Below, piece after piece: positions 8,739 to 18,511 of a stretch of 32,000 nucleotides of DNA. Every line of letters starts with the position of its first letter. Position 1 is the first letter of the stretch. The notes beneath the pieces were generated by a model that was not told the origin of the DNA, ran no database searches, and saw only the letters and a list, made by a program, of their open reading frames with translations. This DNA is from Bdellovibrionales bacterium (GTDB lineage: Bacteria > Bdellovibrionota > Bdellovibrionia > Bdellovibrionales > UBA1609): contig OZ252021.1 in NCBI GenBank assembly GCA_965247685.1, positions 360,001 to 392,000 of the forward strand, given 5' to 3'. The position numbers were made by a program, and so were the translations under genes.

Positions 8739-9974
8739 CTACATAGTTTTAAGTTTGAAATCTACTTTACGGCTGTACCATCCAGCTTTTCCAGAGGGAT
8801 ACTGTTGCTTTGCTAAAATTCTTACCGCTTCATTGTCTAAATCAGAGTCCCCAGAAGACTTGAGCATCTGAACTTTATTGACTAAACCATCATCATTGAT
8901 AAAATACAGCAAAGATACTGAGCCTTCTTTTTCCCTTAATCGAGCTCTTTCAGGATACTTTATAGCGGGACTACCTCCTAAAGGCTGAAGTTCTGTTTGA
9001 CTCATTTGAACTTCTTCTTTCTGCGAGCCTTCCTGAGAGTCACTCTTGATGATACTTCCTATTTCTTTTGGATCTGTATTAATATCTTCAAATCGTCGAT
9101 TCAATAAAATATCTTCCTCATCTTTCTGAGCAATTTGTTCATCTTGTAAGTCTTCATCTTGTAAGTCTACCTGTTCGATCTCTTTCTGAGCAATTTGTTC
9201 ATCTTGCAAGTCTTCATCTTCTAAGTATATCTGTTCATTCTTTAATTCAGAAAGCTCTTGATTTTTTATACTTTCTTGTAATAAATCATCGCCTACTTCT
9301 TTTGAGATAACAGCCTTCTGGAAAGTTGAAGACTCTTCTTCTACTAAGAGATCTTCTTCGTCATCCAGAAAAGAATCATTTGAAAAATCTAGTTGAGGTG
9401 CTTCATCTTGTGCTGCATGTAAAGAATCCGCTTTTGAATTCCATTCTGGTTCAATGGAAGGGGTGTTGATAACAGGAATATCATTTGGTAAATCCATTTC
9501 AGAATAAGAATTCTCGAAATCTACAATCTTTTCATCTTTTTTAGAGAGTTCTACATCCTCAGAAATACTCTCTAATTCCGGTTCAGATACTTCTAAAACA
9601 GGAAGATCGTTTTGTTGAGCTTGAAGCTCTGGAGCTTTCGCCTTAATTGTTGAATCATCTTGATCTTTTTGAGGTGCTTCATTTTTTTTCACCAGTTTGG
9701 GTTTTTTTGGAATAACCTTTGAACTCGTTTTAGGTACTCTTTTTATGGATTTTTTAGTATTCTTTTTTTTGAATTCTTTTTTAGGTAAAACGCGAGGTTT
9801 TCTTAAAGTACCTTCATGAGATGAAGGACTCTCCATTAGATCTTCAGACACGGCAGTCCTCAAATTACTCAAAACATCATTGAGCTCACTCTTCCACTGA
9901 GAGCCAGAGTAAATATACAATAGAGTCCCCGCTCCAATATGAATCAATAAAGAGGAAAAAATGAACTTTTTCAT
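8739..9974 (-). CDS. TonB-family energy transducer with long acidic/basic repetitive linker
   Basis: N-terminal TM helix, a K/P-rich segment and an acidic repeat region. C-terminal TonB domain-like block (PAIKYPERARLREKEGSVSLLYFINDDGLVNKVQMLKSSGDSDLDNEAV). Confidence 0.75.
   Translation of the reverse strand: MKKFIFSSLLIHIGAGTLLYIYSGSQWKSELNDVLSNLRTAVSEDLMESPSSHEGTLRKPRVLPKKEFKKKNTKKSIKRVPKTSSKVIPKKPKLVKKNEAPQKDQDDSTIKAKAPELQAQQNDLPVLEVSEPELESISEDVELSKKDEKIVDFENSYSEMDLPNDIPVINTPSIEPEWNSKADSLHAAQDEAPQLDFSNDSFLDDEEDLLVEEESSTFQKAVISKEVGDDLLQESIKNQELSELKNEQIYLEDEDLQDEQIAQKEIEQVDLQDEDLQDEQIAQKDEEDILLNRRFEDINTDPKEIGSIIKSDSQEGSQKEEVQMSQTELQPLGGSPAIKYPERARLREKEGSVSLLYFINDDGLVNKVQMLKSSGDSDLDNEAVRILAKQQYPSGKAGWYSRKVDFKLKTM
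9121..9240. repeat. Two tandem 60-bp units inside the TonB-family gene
   Basis: 9121-9180 and 9181-9240 are near-identical (tctttctgagcaatttgttcatcttg[t/c]aagtcttcatctt...). They encode the duplicated DEDLQDEQIAQK segment. Confidence 0.9.
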
Positions 9975-10211
9975 AATTTTCTATTCGGACAAAATAAGCT
10001 TCTTCTTGAGCTTTTGGATAAAAATATCGCTTTAAATTGCTTAAAAACTTTACTCTAAGGCTAAGCTATAGCAGAGCAGGATTTTTTATACCTCATTGAA
10101 CTTAAAAAATTATTAATTTATAACCATTTGTTCTCAATTAATATGAAATATTTACAAAAAATATTTTTCATTTCATTTTTTCTAGTTTTTAATGATAGTT
10201 CAGTGATTGTA

Positions 10212-12188
10212 ATGACAAAAAAATATTTAAAAAATAAATTTATCTTGGTTTTATTGCTTTCTGTTCTTATCGGATGTAGTGAAGACAATATAACCAACCT
10301 CTCCTCCGTAAAACCTCCTAGCTTGCCTTTATCAGAACCTTTTATTGCCACAGGAGAAGCTCAATTAATATCTACTCTCACTGGAGAAAAACAACGTGCC
10401 ACTCCTCTTAACGGCCTTGTAGATAACATTGAAAAGTCGACTTTTTATATTAATGATTATATTGAATTTGAAAAAATCTCAGAAAAATCAGAAGATATCC
10501 AGTTTCATATTTCCACACAATGTATTGAATCTGAAAATCAAAATAGATTTACAAAAACTATGGTAACACCTTTTAAAGAGAGAATTTATCTCATTGAAAT
10601 GCTTCCAGAAAAAATATTTTCTTACGGCAATCATTGGTGGCTCAGTCAAAAAACAAAAAGCCCAACTTGTAATTTTCATTTTAAAGCAACTAATAAATCA
10701 GGAAATATCCATTATTTCGAACTCCCTCACTTACCTATAGCACTTTTCGAACACAGCTGGAATTTAAGTTTAATAGATAAAAGTGAACCTATGATCGCCG
10801 GCATGGAGGCTTCTAAAAGTTTCCCTGTATTGCTTATGGAGAAAATAAATAACTATAAATTAGTCTCTCACATTTCATCTGAAATTAAACAACTCAAGCT
10901 GATTTGTGATCGATCTAAAGATATAGATTTCAATGTTAATAACCAACAACAATATGATTTATGGGGCTTACAAGGATGGTCTCAAATTTCTTTTGATGAT
11001 TCAGTTTCTAAACCTTGCCGTTTTTTGAGCTTAAATAAAGATCAACAAATAGTGGGTGTTTCTCAAACTTTCCCACTTATATCTTCAATTCCCCGTGATA
11101 CTTTTTCTATAAGAACAGTCGATTTATCTGGGGTGGTACCAAGTAACATAAAAGAATTAAAAAATGAGAGCAGATTTCCTAGTCGCCAGAGACAATTCTT
11201 GAATCGAGAACAACTGTATTTTGAGCTTATCAATATCTTACCTCTAAATTCTCCATACATTGATGTTTTAGGTTTAGAAATAGTAAACAGTGGAAAGGAT
11301 TCCCTTTATCTCATGTTACCTAAATTTTATATGGAGTTAGATTCAAAGATGTTTTTCAGCGGGATAACTCATACAGCACGACCAAACAAAAACCTGAATA
11401 TGAATAATCCTCCTTTATATAAGAAAAAACTGAAGTACTTTATTAATCAAGAAAAACAAGATTTTTTTGTGATGACCCAATTCATAACCAATAACAGACT
11501 CGAAAACCAAAAACCTCGAATTGTAAGCGATCGACTAAGCGAAGGAAGCCAAGTAATCTATGGATATGATCAACCTGAGCCTTATGTTCTAGTGACAGTC
11601 CAACCTCAATCACAGATCACTCTTGCTTTTAGCTTAGTGCTCACCAGCGACTATTGTACCCATGATGGCAAAAATAAACTCTCCAAAGATTTTGTGGGGA
11701 TAATTTTGGAAGGTGAACATTTACCCATTTATCGCGTACTTAATAACAATGATTTCGAATTAGCCTCTCAAACAATTATTCAACAGTATAATTGGGAGGA
11801 AAATAATAAGGGAAAAAGATCTAATAAATTCATGTGGGAGCTTTGGAATAAAACACCTAATGACTCTTTGGATAAAAATTATTCAGGCTATTATTATAAA
11901 AACACTTGTGAAGCAGCTGAAAATAATTACTTTGCGGAAGACGTCATAAAGGATAAACCCTCTTGGTATATCTACTTCGATAGATCTAAGAAAAACAACC
12001 TAACCGTACAATGGGAGAGATCTGATAAATCCTTAAATGAAACTGTAGATCAATTTTTCATTACAGAGAAAAATTCGAGAAGAATAGAGGCAGAAAATCT
12101 TGCAGAAAGAAGAAGACAAGAACAGAATGAATATATACCAATCATTCGATATCAGGGTTCTAGTAGAAGTAGAAGACACGAGCCTTAG
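10212..12188 (+). CDS. Large putative lipoprotein, function unknown
   Basis: Start moved to ATG 10212: MTKKYLKNKFILVLLLSVLIGC gives a signal peptide plus an L-I-G-C lipobox. Long uninterrupted ORF. No recognisable motif. Confidence 0.6.
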   Translation: MTKKYLKNKFILVLLLSVLIGCSEDNITNLSSVKPPSLPLSEPFIATGEAQLISTLTGEKQRATPLNGLVDNIEKSTFYINDYIEFEKISEKSEDIQFHISTQCIESENQNRFTKTMVTPFKERIYLIEMLPEKIFSYGNHWWLSQKTKSPTCNFHFKATNKSGNIHYFELPHLPIALFEHSWNLSLIDKSEPMIAGMEASKSFPVLLMEKINNYKLVSHISSEIKQLKLICDRSKDIDFNVNNQQQYDLWGLQGWSQISFDDSVSKPCRFLSLNKDQQIVGVSQTFPLISSIPRDTFSIRTVDLSGVVPSNIKELKNESRFPSRQRQFLNREQLYFELINILPLNSPYIDVLGLEIVNSGKDSLYLMLPKFYMELDSKMFFSGITHTARPNKNLNMNNPPLYKKKLKYFINQEKQDFFVMTQFITNNRLENQKPRIVSDRLSEGSQVIYGYDQPEPYVLVTVQPQSQITLAFSLVLTSDYCTHDGKNKLSKDFVGIILEGEHLPIYRVLNNNDFELASQTIIQQYNWEENNKGKRSNKFMWELWNKTPNDSLDKNYSGYYYKNTCEAAENNYFAEDVIKDKPSWYIYFDRSKKNNLTVQWERSDKSLNETVDQFFITEKNSRRIEAENLAERRRQEQNEYIPIIRYQGSSRSRRHEP

Positions 12189-12193
12189 AAAAA

Positions 12194-13795
12194 TCAAAGC
12201 CCCCAAGCTATTCCATCACCACGAGAATCAAAAGCTCCTCTTAAAATATGATCCTCTCCTTTTTGAATACCATAAACTTTGCCAAGATGAGATTTCTCTT
12301 CTACCGTGTGTTTTTTTGCTTTAAGAGCTCGTATCAACTCAGGACTAAAACGATTTTTTTCCAAAAAAGTTTTTCGAGGTAAAAACTGATGGTGAACTCT
12401 TGGAAACTGTACAGCTTGATCAATACTTAATTTATTCACTAAAGTACGATAAAGAACCTGCAATACGCCTGTAATAATACGAGGTCCGCCGCTTCCTCCT
12501 AAAGCTAAAACAGTTTGATTTTTCTTCTTCACAATGGTTGGAGATGTAGAGCTGAGTGGACGTTTTCCTGCCTCTACTTTATTCCCTTGCCCTTGAATAA
12601 GACCATAAGCATTTGGTTGATGGATACGAGTTGTGAAATCATCTAACTGATTATTCAACACAATACCATATTGGGAAGTCACCACCTTAGAACCGTATTG
12701 CAAATTCAAAGTTAAGGTCATGCTGACTGTACGACCCTCTTTATCCATAACAATAAGATGAGTTGTTTCTTTTAAAGGGTCGAGTTGATACACCTTTTCT
12801 AAAGAAATAGAATCTTTCATCTGTTTGAGATATGAAGTGGATAAGAGTTGATCAACAGGCACTTTATGAAACTGAGGATCTGCAATTAAAGTGCGTATAC
12901 GAAAAGATCGTGACATAATTTCAGCCAGTAGGTGTAACTCATTATGACTGAGCATCTTGTATTTTTTAAGTTTCATTTTCTCTATGAGGGAAAGAGCCGA
13001 AGCAATAATAATACCCCCTGAGCTTGGAGGAGGCATACTGTACACCGTATATTCCATAAAATCTTTTTTTATGGGTTGCAACCAACGAACTTGATAGTTT
13101 TTGAGATCTTCAAGAGTGAGTTCCCCACCATAGCGAGCCACTGTGCTTGTAATATCTTGAGCAATTTTCCCTTTGTAAAATCCCTTTACATTATGCTTTT
13201 TTATTCTTTTCAAAGCACGGGCAATATTTTTTTGTTGAATCATCTCCCCTACCTGATAAGGTTTTCCTTTATTGAAAAATTGAGACATTCCATATTCTAA
13301 ATCAGAAATTTTCCTCGTTATTTGAGCCCACTCTGTTCCTACAACGTACCCATCTTGAGCAAGTGTAATAGCATCTGCAAATAAAGTCTTCCAAGAAAGT
13401 TTACCGTACTTTTGATGTAAGCTCCACATTCCAGCAACAAATCCAGGTACACCAACAGCGCTTCCTCCTTTAACGGAGCTTCGATTTTTTTCTTTATAAT
13501 AAAGAGGATGCATCACTTGAGGAGCTATTTCTCTAAAATCTAAAGCTTCCACTGTTTTTCCCATATCTACTAATGCAAAACCTCCTGCACCTAAAGACAC
13601 ATAATATGGAGTCACTACAGCAAGTGTAAAAGCAGAGGCTATAGCCACATCCACAACATTGCCTCCTCTTTGATGCACTCTTTGAGCAACTTGTTGAAGA
13701 TAGGAGGAGGGACCGACTATGGATAAATGGCGGCTTTCAAAAGGTAAAGAGTAGGAAAAAAAAGGAACAAGAAGAACAAGAATGATTTTTTTCAT
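12194..13795 (-). CDS. ggt: Gamma-glutamyltranspeptidase
   Basis: Signal peptide. Autoprocessing/catalytic Thr context KETTHLIVMDKEG. GGSGGPRIITGVLQV block. 533 aa. Confidence 0.88.
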   Translation of the reverse strand: MKKIILVLLVPFFSYSLPFESRHLSIVGPSSYLQQVAQRVHQRGGNVVDVAIASAFTLAVVTPYYVSLGAGGFALVDMGKTVEALDFREIAPQVMHPLYYKEKNRSSVKGGSAVGVPGFVAGMWSLHQKYGKLSWKTLFADAITLAQDGYVVGTEWAQITRKISDLEYGMSQFFNKGKPYQVGEMIQQKNIARALKRIKKHNVKGFYKGKIAQDITSTVARYGGELTLEDLKNYQVRWLQPIKKDFMEYTVYSMPPPSSGGIIIASALSLIEKMKLKKYKMLSHNELHLLAEIMSRSFRIRTLIADPQFHKVPVDQLLSTSYLKQMKDSISLEKVYQLDPLKETTHLIVMDKEGRTVSMTLTLNLQYGSKVVTSQYGIVLNNQLDDFTTRIHQPNAYGLIQGQGNKVEAGKRPLSSTSPTIVKKKNQTVLALGGSGGPRIITGVLQVLYRTLVNKLSIDQAVQFPRVHHQFLPRKTFLEKNRFSPELIRALKAKKHTVEEKSHLGKVYGIQKGEDHILRGAFDSRGDGIAWGL

Positions 13796-13881
13796 ATGCG
13801 AATCCCTCCTTAAGAGACTTAACTAAAGAGTCGTTTTATTTTTTAATCAACTATAAAGTAATAAATTTTTCGAATCAATGA

Positions 13882-13922
13882 CTTAAAATAAAAGAGGACT
13901 TCAATCTAAGTTGAAACCCTCT
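13882..13922 (-). terminator. Possible rho-independent terminator after hsp20
   Basis: Imperfect inverted repeat agaggacttcaa (13893-13904) / ttgaaaccctct (13911-13922). A T-rich tract follows on the minus strand. There are two mismatches in the stem. Confidence 0.4.
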
Positions 13923-13954
13923 CGTCTTAATACCTTGGTTTTTTCACAGCCTTT

Positions 13955-14392
13955 TTAGTGATTTTTTTTAGTTAGCTGTTTATTTACTTTATCTAAAAAA
14001 CTTGTAGAAGTTGAAGAATGTACAGGAATTTCCTTAACCTGAGCTGTTTTAGTTTTAGGCAGAATAACATCCATCACTCCATTTTCCACATTTGCTTCAA
14101 TTTCAGATACATCCACATGAGACGGAATCGCAAAGGAAACATTAACACTTCGGTAATTCCTTTCTTGATCTTTTGCATATTCTTCAGAAGAAGTAATCGA
14201 CAAATTTTGTCCTTGCGTCTTTAATCGAATGCTTTTTGGATCCACACCCGGTACATCAAGACTAATATGATAGTAAGAGTTTTTTTCCTCAACCTTATGA
14301 AGAAATCCATTGTCCATCATAGGAAACATAGAATTTGTGAAAAAATGAGGAATCGCAGATTCCATATCTTCAAACCATTTTTTTGATATCAT
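13955..14392 (-). CDS. Small heat-shock protein (Hsp20/alpha-crystallin family)
   Basis: 145 aa. Alpha-crystallin domain pattern (YHISLDVPGVDPKSIRLKTQGQNLSI ... FAIPSHVDVSEIEANVENGVMDVILPK). Confidence 0.85.
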   Translation of the reverse strand: MISKKWFEDMESAIPHFFTNSMFPMMDNGFLHKVEEKNSYYHISLDVPGVDPKSIRLKTQGQNLSITSSEEYAKDQERNYRSVNVSFAIPSHVDVSEIEANVENGVMDVILPKTKTAQVKEIPVHSSTSTSFLDKVNKQLTKKNH

Positions 14393-14624
14393 ATATTTAC
14401 TCCTTTTTAAATTGATTTTTTACCTTCACTGATAAAGATGGGATGGTTTTTTCTGCTGTCAAGTGGCATAAAATTAAAAATGAATTGGAGAGAAGGGTTT
14501 CCTATAATTTAGAGAAATTTTAGAAAATAAGATAGAAAGCAAATAATTTAACATCTTTATCATTAATTCTTGTACGTGCATTATATTGCTAGTAGTTTAT
14601 ATTGAAATCTTGTAAAACAGATTT

Positions 14625-15986
14625 ATGAAAAACTTCACTTTACTACTCTTTCTATTTATTATCTTCTATATTCCTCACTCCTTTGGAGTGACAAATTGTG
14701 AGGCAAGTCTTCTTAAAATTCCTGAACAAAAAATCCCGAATCCTAGTGAAGACCCTTTTTTCTTAGGACTAGAAGAAGCTTATAAGATGCTCGATCTTGG
14801 AAAAAAAATTAGAGAAAGAAAAGATCAAGCCCGTACCACTCACATTGAAGAGTTTGTGCCACAGATATCCTTACATTACGAGTATTTTAAAAACGCAATG
14901 CAAATAGAAATGTTTTTACAAGAGATAAATAACATAAGACTCTTTCAACAATTATATGATAAAAAACTAAGTACATTGGATTTTTTGTATCAAGAAGCTA
15001 TAAAGAAAGCTCAAAATAAAAAACTGACCTACCATTATTGGTTGCTCTGGAATATTCGATTAGCAAAATTAGCAAGTATTACAAATCATGAAATTATAGA
15101 AGAGTTAAAAGATGAGTATCATTTATATAACAGCGCAATAAATGAGCAAACCAAAGTGTATAAGGAAAGTATTTATAAATCGAATGCTCAAAAACCTCAT
15201 ATTCAAGAGAAAAAGATCGAAATTCTAGAACTATTAAAAAGAGAAGCTTTAAGTAAAGTTCAAGACAACCAATTTAACGGCTCGTATTGGAACTATTATA
15301 AGTACCTTTGCAGAAAACTTATTCACACAGATGACATAAGAATAATAGACGAAATTGGAGAAAGATATTCAAAGTATCACAAATACTCTCGAAGAAAAAA
15401 AGCTACTGATTTTATAACTAAGATATCTAAAAGCATTGATCATTTTCCTCAGCTTATTATTCTACCTACAACAAAAAATTTAGGAATCATAGCTCTTAAT
15501 GTGTTTACGAATGGAGTCGCCCCTTTAGGGTTAGGATATCTCAACTCACTTGTGGATGGAAACAGGATCACTCCCTTCGATTTTATGAGTCATGATTTAA
15601 ACCACCACCATGTTAAAAAATTTGGATACCCTACATCTATTTTAAAATGGGAAGATGATTTGATTACTAGGGAAGAGTTTCATAAAACTTTTTTTGAGGT
15701 CACTCAAGATTACCCTATTAAAAAATATAAACAGGCTCATCTTGCTTATTTTCTTCTGGAGCATGAAAGTGACATTGTTTTCAAAGATCCAAAATATCTT
15801 TCTCAACAGCTTCAAACCCCTGCGATCTTGAAAAGATTTGAAAACAAAGACGATTTAGGACTCTATTTGCCAGCAAAAATAGATCGAAAATCTATAAAAG
15901 CATTAACTGCTTACCTGTCTAATGTAGCCCATACTTACACTGAAGCGGTAAATCAAGCTTTAGAAAAAATTAATCATAATCCATAA
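14625..15986 (+). CDS. Secreted protein of unknown function with His-cluster (SHDLNHHH)
   Basis: Signal-peptide-like N-terminus (MKNFTLLLFLFIIFYIPHSFGV). Long ORF. No family recognised by eye. Confidence 0.55.
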   Translation: MKNFTLLLFLFIIFYIPHSFGVTNCEASLLKIPEQKIPNPSEDPFFLGLEEAYKMLDLGKKIRERKDQARTTHIEEFVPQISLHYEYFKNAMQIEMFLQEINNIRLFQQLYDKKLSTLDFLYQEAIKKAQNKKLTYHYWLLWNIRLAKLASITNHEIIEELKDEYHLYNSAINEQTKVYKESIYKSNAQKPHIQEKKIEILELLKREALSKVQDNQFNGSYWNYYKYLCRKLIHTDDIRIIDEIGERYSKYHKYSRRKKATDFITKISKSIDHFPQLIILPTTKNLGIIALNVFTNGVAPLGLGYLNSLVDGNRITPFDFMSHDLNHHHVKKFGYPTSILKWEDDLITREEFHKTFFEVTQDYPIKKYKQAHLAYFLLEHESDIVFKDPKYLSQQLQTPAILKRFENKDDLGLYLPAKIDRKSIKALTAYLSNVAHTYTEAVNQALEKINHNP

Positions 15987-16304
15987 ACAGATATAAAAAC
16001 GAACGACGAAAACAGAGTCCTTATTCCTTAATAAATATTGAAATATTAATAAAAAGATTCTGATTAATATCTTTTACATATTTCACCACTCACTTCATTA
16101 GTACACATAGAAAGACTTAATTTACATCTCTATGTAAATTATTCATAACATATGAATGTTATTTAGGGAAAAAAGAGTGTGTTCTATTTTAGAATTTGTT
16201 TATAAAAACAAACAGTGTAATTTTTATTCTTATCTCTATTAATAAAATAGAGAATACTATATAATGCTTGTTTAATTACTTTTGTACGAAAAAGAGTTTT
16301 CATC

Positions 16305-17438
16305 ATGGCTATTACCAAAAGATACTATATAAAAAAGAAGAAAAAGGTGATATTTTATCAAGCTGAGTATTTTTCAAAAGGAGTACGTATAGCTTCCAGA
16401 TCTTTTTCAAAAAAGAAAAATGCTCAATTATGGCTAAAAGAATTTAAAGAAAATACTTATTCAGTTACAACTTTTAACAAAGACATTACTTTTAAAAACT
16501 GTGTGGATCAGTTCTTTGTGGATGCTAAAACAAGGCTGACTCCTTCTACCTTTAAGAATTATTCTTGCCAAGCTCGTTATCTTTATCATAGCCCTCTCAG
16601 ATCGATTAAAATATCTGATTTAAAAGGTATATACATTGCTCAATGGCTTTTATGGATGAGAAATCAAACTACATCCCGTAACAAAAAAAGAAAGAATTTT
16701 TTTGCAGAGTTAAAACTCCTAAGCAGTATTTTAAATTGGTATAAAAATTATGTGAACGAAGATTTCAATATTCCTATTACTAGAAAGCATAAGAAGATGT
16801 GTGTTTATAAAATGGTTACTCCAAGACCCATGAACTACTTTATAAAACCTAGTGACTGTAGAAACTGGGTGAAATGGCTTAAACGAAATAAGGAGCCGGT
16901 TTATTGGAAGCTCGTCTTATTTATGCTCTCTACTGGAGTTCGGGTAGGTGAGGCTTGCGGGATTAAGTGGAGTGATATTGATTTTGAGCAAGGGATTTCA
17001 AGGTTGACACAAAAAGTGAAATGGGATGTTTCAAGCAGGAAACCTTTTATAGAAGATGTTTTTAAAACTCCAGCTGAAAGGATTCTTATCATTCCAAAAC
17101 CTTTAAGCGCTGTCTTATTAAGGATGAAAGAAATATCGAAAACAGAGCTTATTTTTGTGAACAAAAAAAATGAAATGCTTAAATACACTACCATACAATC
17201 CAACTTTAATGCTGGATTTATTGCATTAGGGCTTCCTTGGAGATCGACTCACATTTGCCGACATACTTTTGCAACCATGGCTTTGATGGGGACAAAGAAT
17301 TTATCTGCTGTGCAAGCAATCCTTGGTCATACAGAACCTAAGACAACACAACGATATGCAAAGATTGTGTCACTGCTCAACTCAAATATTGGAGAGAAAA
17401 CTTTTGATCTACTATTTAAAAGCAAATTATTGGAGTAA
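16305..17438 (+). CDS. Tyrosine recombinase / phage-type integrase
   Basis: C-terminal catalytic region: GVRVGEACGIKWSDI (Arg I), HICRHTFAT (H-x-x-R) and LGHTEPKTTQRYAK (His and nucleophilic Tyr). The N-terminal SAM-like region is typical of integrases. Confidence 0.88.
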   Translation: MAITKRYYIKKKKKVIFYQAEYFSKGVRIASRSFSKKKNAQLWLKEFKENTYSVTTFNKDITFKNCVDQFFVDAKTRLTPSTFKNYSCQARYLYHSPLRSIKISDLKGIYIAQWLLWMRNQTTSRNKKRKNFFAELKLLSSILNWYKNYVNEDFNIPITRKHKKMCVYKMVTPRPMNYFIKPSDCRNWVKWLKRNKEPVYWKLVLFMLSTGVRVGEACGIKWSDIDFEQGISRLTQKVKWDVSSRKPFIEDVFKTPAERILIIPKPLSAVLLRMKEISKTELIFVNKKNEMLKYTTIQSNFNAGFIALGLPWRSTHICRHTFATMALMGTKNLSAVQAILGHTEPKTTQRYAKIVSLLNSNIGEKTFDLLFKSKLLE

Positions 17439-17912
17439 GTATTTTTATTTATCTATCTATTAAGGCTGTTATATTTTTTCCCATAGATCCTCGTAAAACC
17501 CTCGTAAAATCCTCGTAAAAAAAGTTCAAAACTCATCATAAAACATAAAAATCACTCTTTAAACCCTTGAAAATACACATTCAAGAACCTTTTTTCTTCT
17601 AAGAAGTAAGTGCTAAAAATAGTGCTTATTTTTTTGGGGTTTTTTGTAGGGTCAAGATGCATAAACGTCAAAAATCAACTTTTTTAAATATATACAATTA
17701 AGGAGAAAAAATTATGAAAAATTTAATAAAAAATAAACGAGGGTTTTCACTCGTTGAGCTAATGGTTGTTGTGGCTATCATGGGAACATTGGCCGCAATT
17801 GCAATTCCTGCGTACAATGAATATAGGAAGTCAGCAAAGAAGACTGCTTATAAGTCAGACTTACTATCGCTGCATAGAGGTTGGCTCGCTTTCGGTGTTG
17901 AGCTGGATTCTT
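17410..17912. repeat. Copy 1 of ~500-bp direct repeat (last 29 nt of integrase gene + intergenic/promoter region + first ~200 nt of pilin gene)
   Basis: Near-identical to 19068-19558. Differences are scattered point changes plus one extra 11-bp cctcgtaaaa unit in copy 1. Confidence 0.9.
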
Positions 17913-18436
17913 TTTGTGAAAGAGAAACGACACCTAATCACGTCTCACTTACAAATGTTGGAATGGCGTCACTTGCTAGTAGTAAACTTTATGGAGCTAG
18001 GGGTCTGTGTGAAGACCCAGGTACAATAGTACCTACTTGTACTTGCTCAGGACAAGTTACTAGCACTACTTGCAGTGGTCACATGACTGTTGGTCCCCCT
18101 CCAGTTAATTGTAACTGTGCTTGGGATGCTACAGCAGGAAGAGGCCCTGGTAAACATAACCTTATAGGTTTTAGTGCAGCAGGTGCTACTTGTCTTGATC
18201 CAAGAAGCAATTCGATAGTGGATACTGATGATGTACTAATAAGAGGAGAAGAGGGTGGGGCACAAACTGTATTAGATATCGACTGTGAGTTAAATATAAC
18301 CACTTATAGAATGGGAGTTGCTGGTCATATCTCTGGTGATCAATATTATGGAGCATCTGTAAATCATAACGGTGTTTTAGTAGATCAAGACGGAGACACA
18401 GCTGCTATTTTTAAACAAGGTGGAGTTTGTTCTTAA
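17714..18436 (+). CDS. Type IV pilin-like protein (N-terminal prepilin cleavage/methylation motif), large Cys-rich C-terminal domain
   Basis: [34 protein letters not shown] is a class III signal peptide with Gly-1, Phe+1 and Glu+5. Strong SD (AAGGAG) 8 nt upstream. 10 Cys residues in the C-terminal 175 aa. Confidence 0.88.
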   Translation: MKNLIKNKRGFSLVELMVVVAIMGTLAAIAIPAYNEYRKSAKKTAYKSDLLSLHRGWLAFGVELDSFCERETTPNHVSLTNVGMASLASSKLYGARGLCEDPGTIVPTCTCSGQVTSTTCSGHMTVGPPPVNCNCAWDATAGRGPGKHNLIGFSAAGATCLDPRSNSIVDTDDVLIRGEEGGAQTVLDIDCELNITTYRMGVAGHISGDQYYGASVNHNGVLVDQDGDTAAIFKQGGVCS

Positions 18437-18457
18437 TACTCTAATTGTTCAATCTTT

Positions 18458-18498
18458 GGAGACGGTTTAGGTATTTCCTTTGCCGTCTCCTTTTTTTT
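18458..18498 (+). terminator. Rho-independent terminator after pilin 1
   Basis: ggagacgg (18458-18465) pairs with ccgtctcc (18483-18490), followed by T8. Confidence 0.85.
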
Positions 18499-18511
18499 AT
18501 AAGGATATAAT

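Noticed and set aside
10118-13300. ORFs 10118-10351(-), 10488-10679(-), 11063-11260(-), 12100-12324(+), 13076-13300(+)
   Set aside because: They are embedded in or overlap the large lipoprotein and ggt genes, have low-complexity translations, and have no independent support.
14018-14224. 68-aa ORF antisense to hsp20
   Set aside because: It overlaps a confidently assigned gene.
17560-17640. Terminator hairpin in aagtgctaaaaatagtgcttattttttt downstream of the integrase
   Set aside because: The two agtgct elements are direct, not inverted, so no stem can form. The T-run alone is not a terminator.
17640-17713. Sigma54 (-24/-12) promoter for the pilin genes
   Set aside because: I could not find a TGGCAC-N5-TTGC-like element by eye, and I also could not place a convincing sigma70 -35/-10 pair. 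The promoter is left uncalled.
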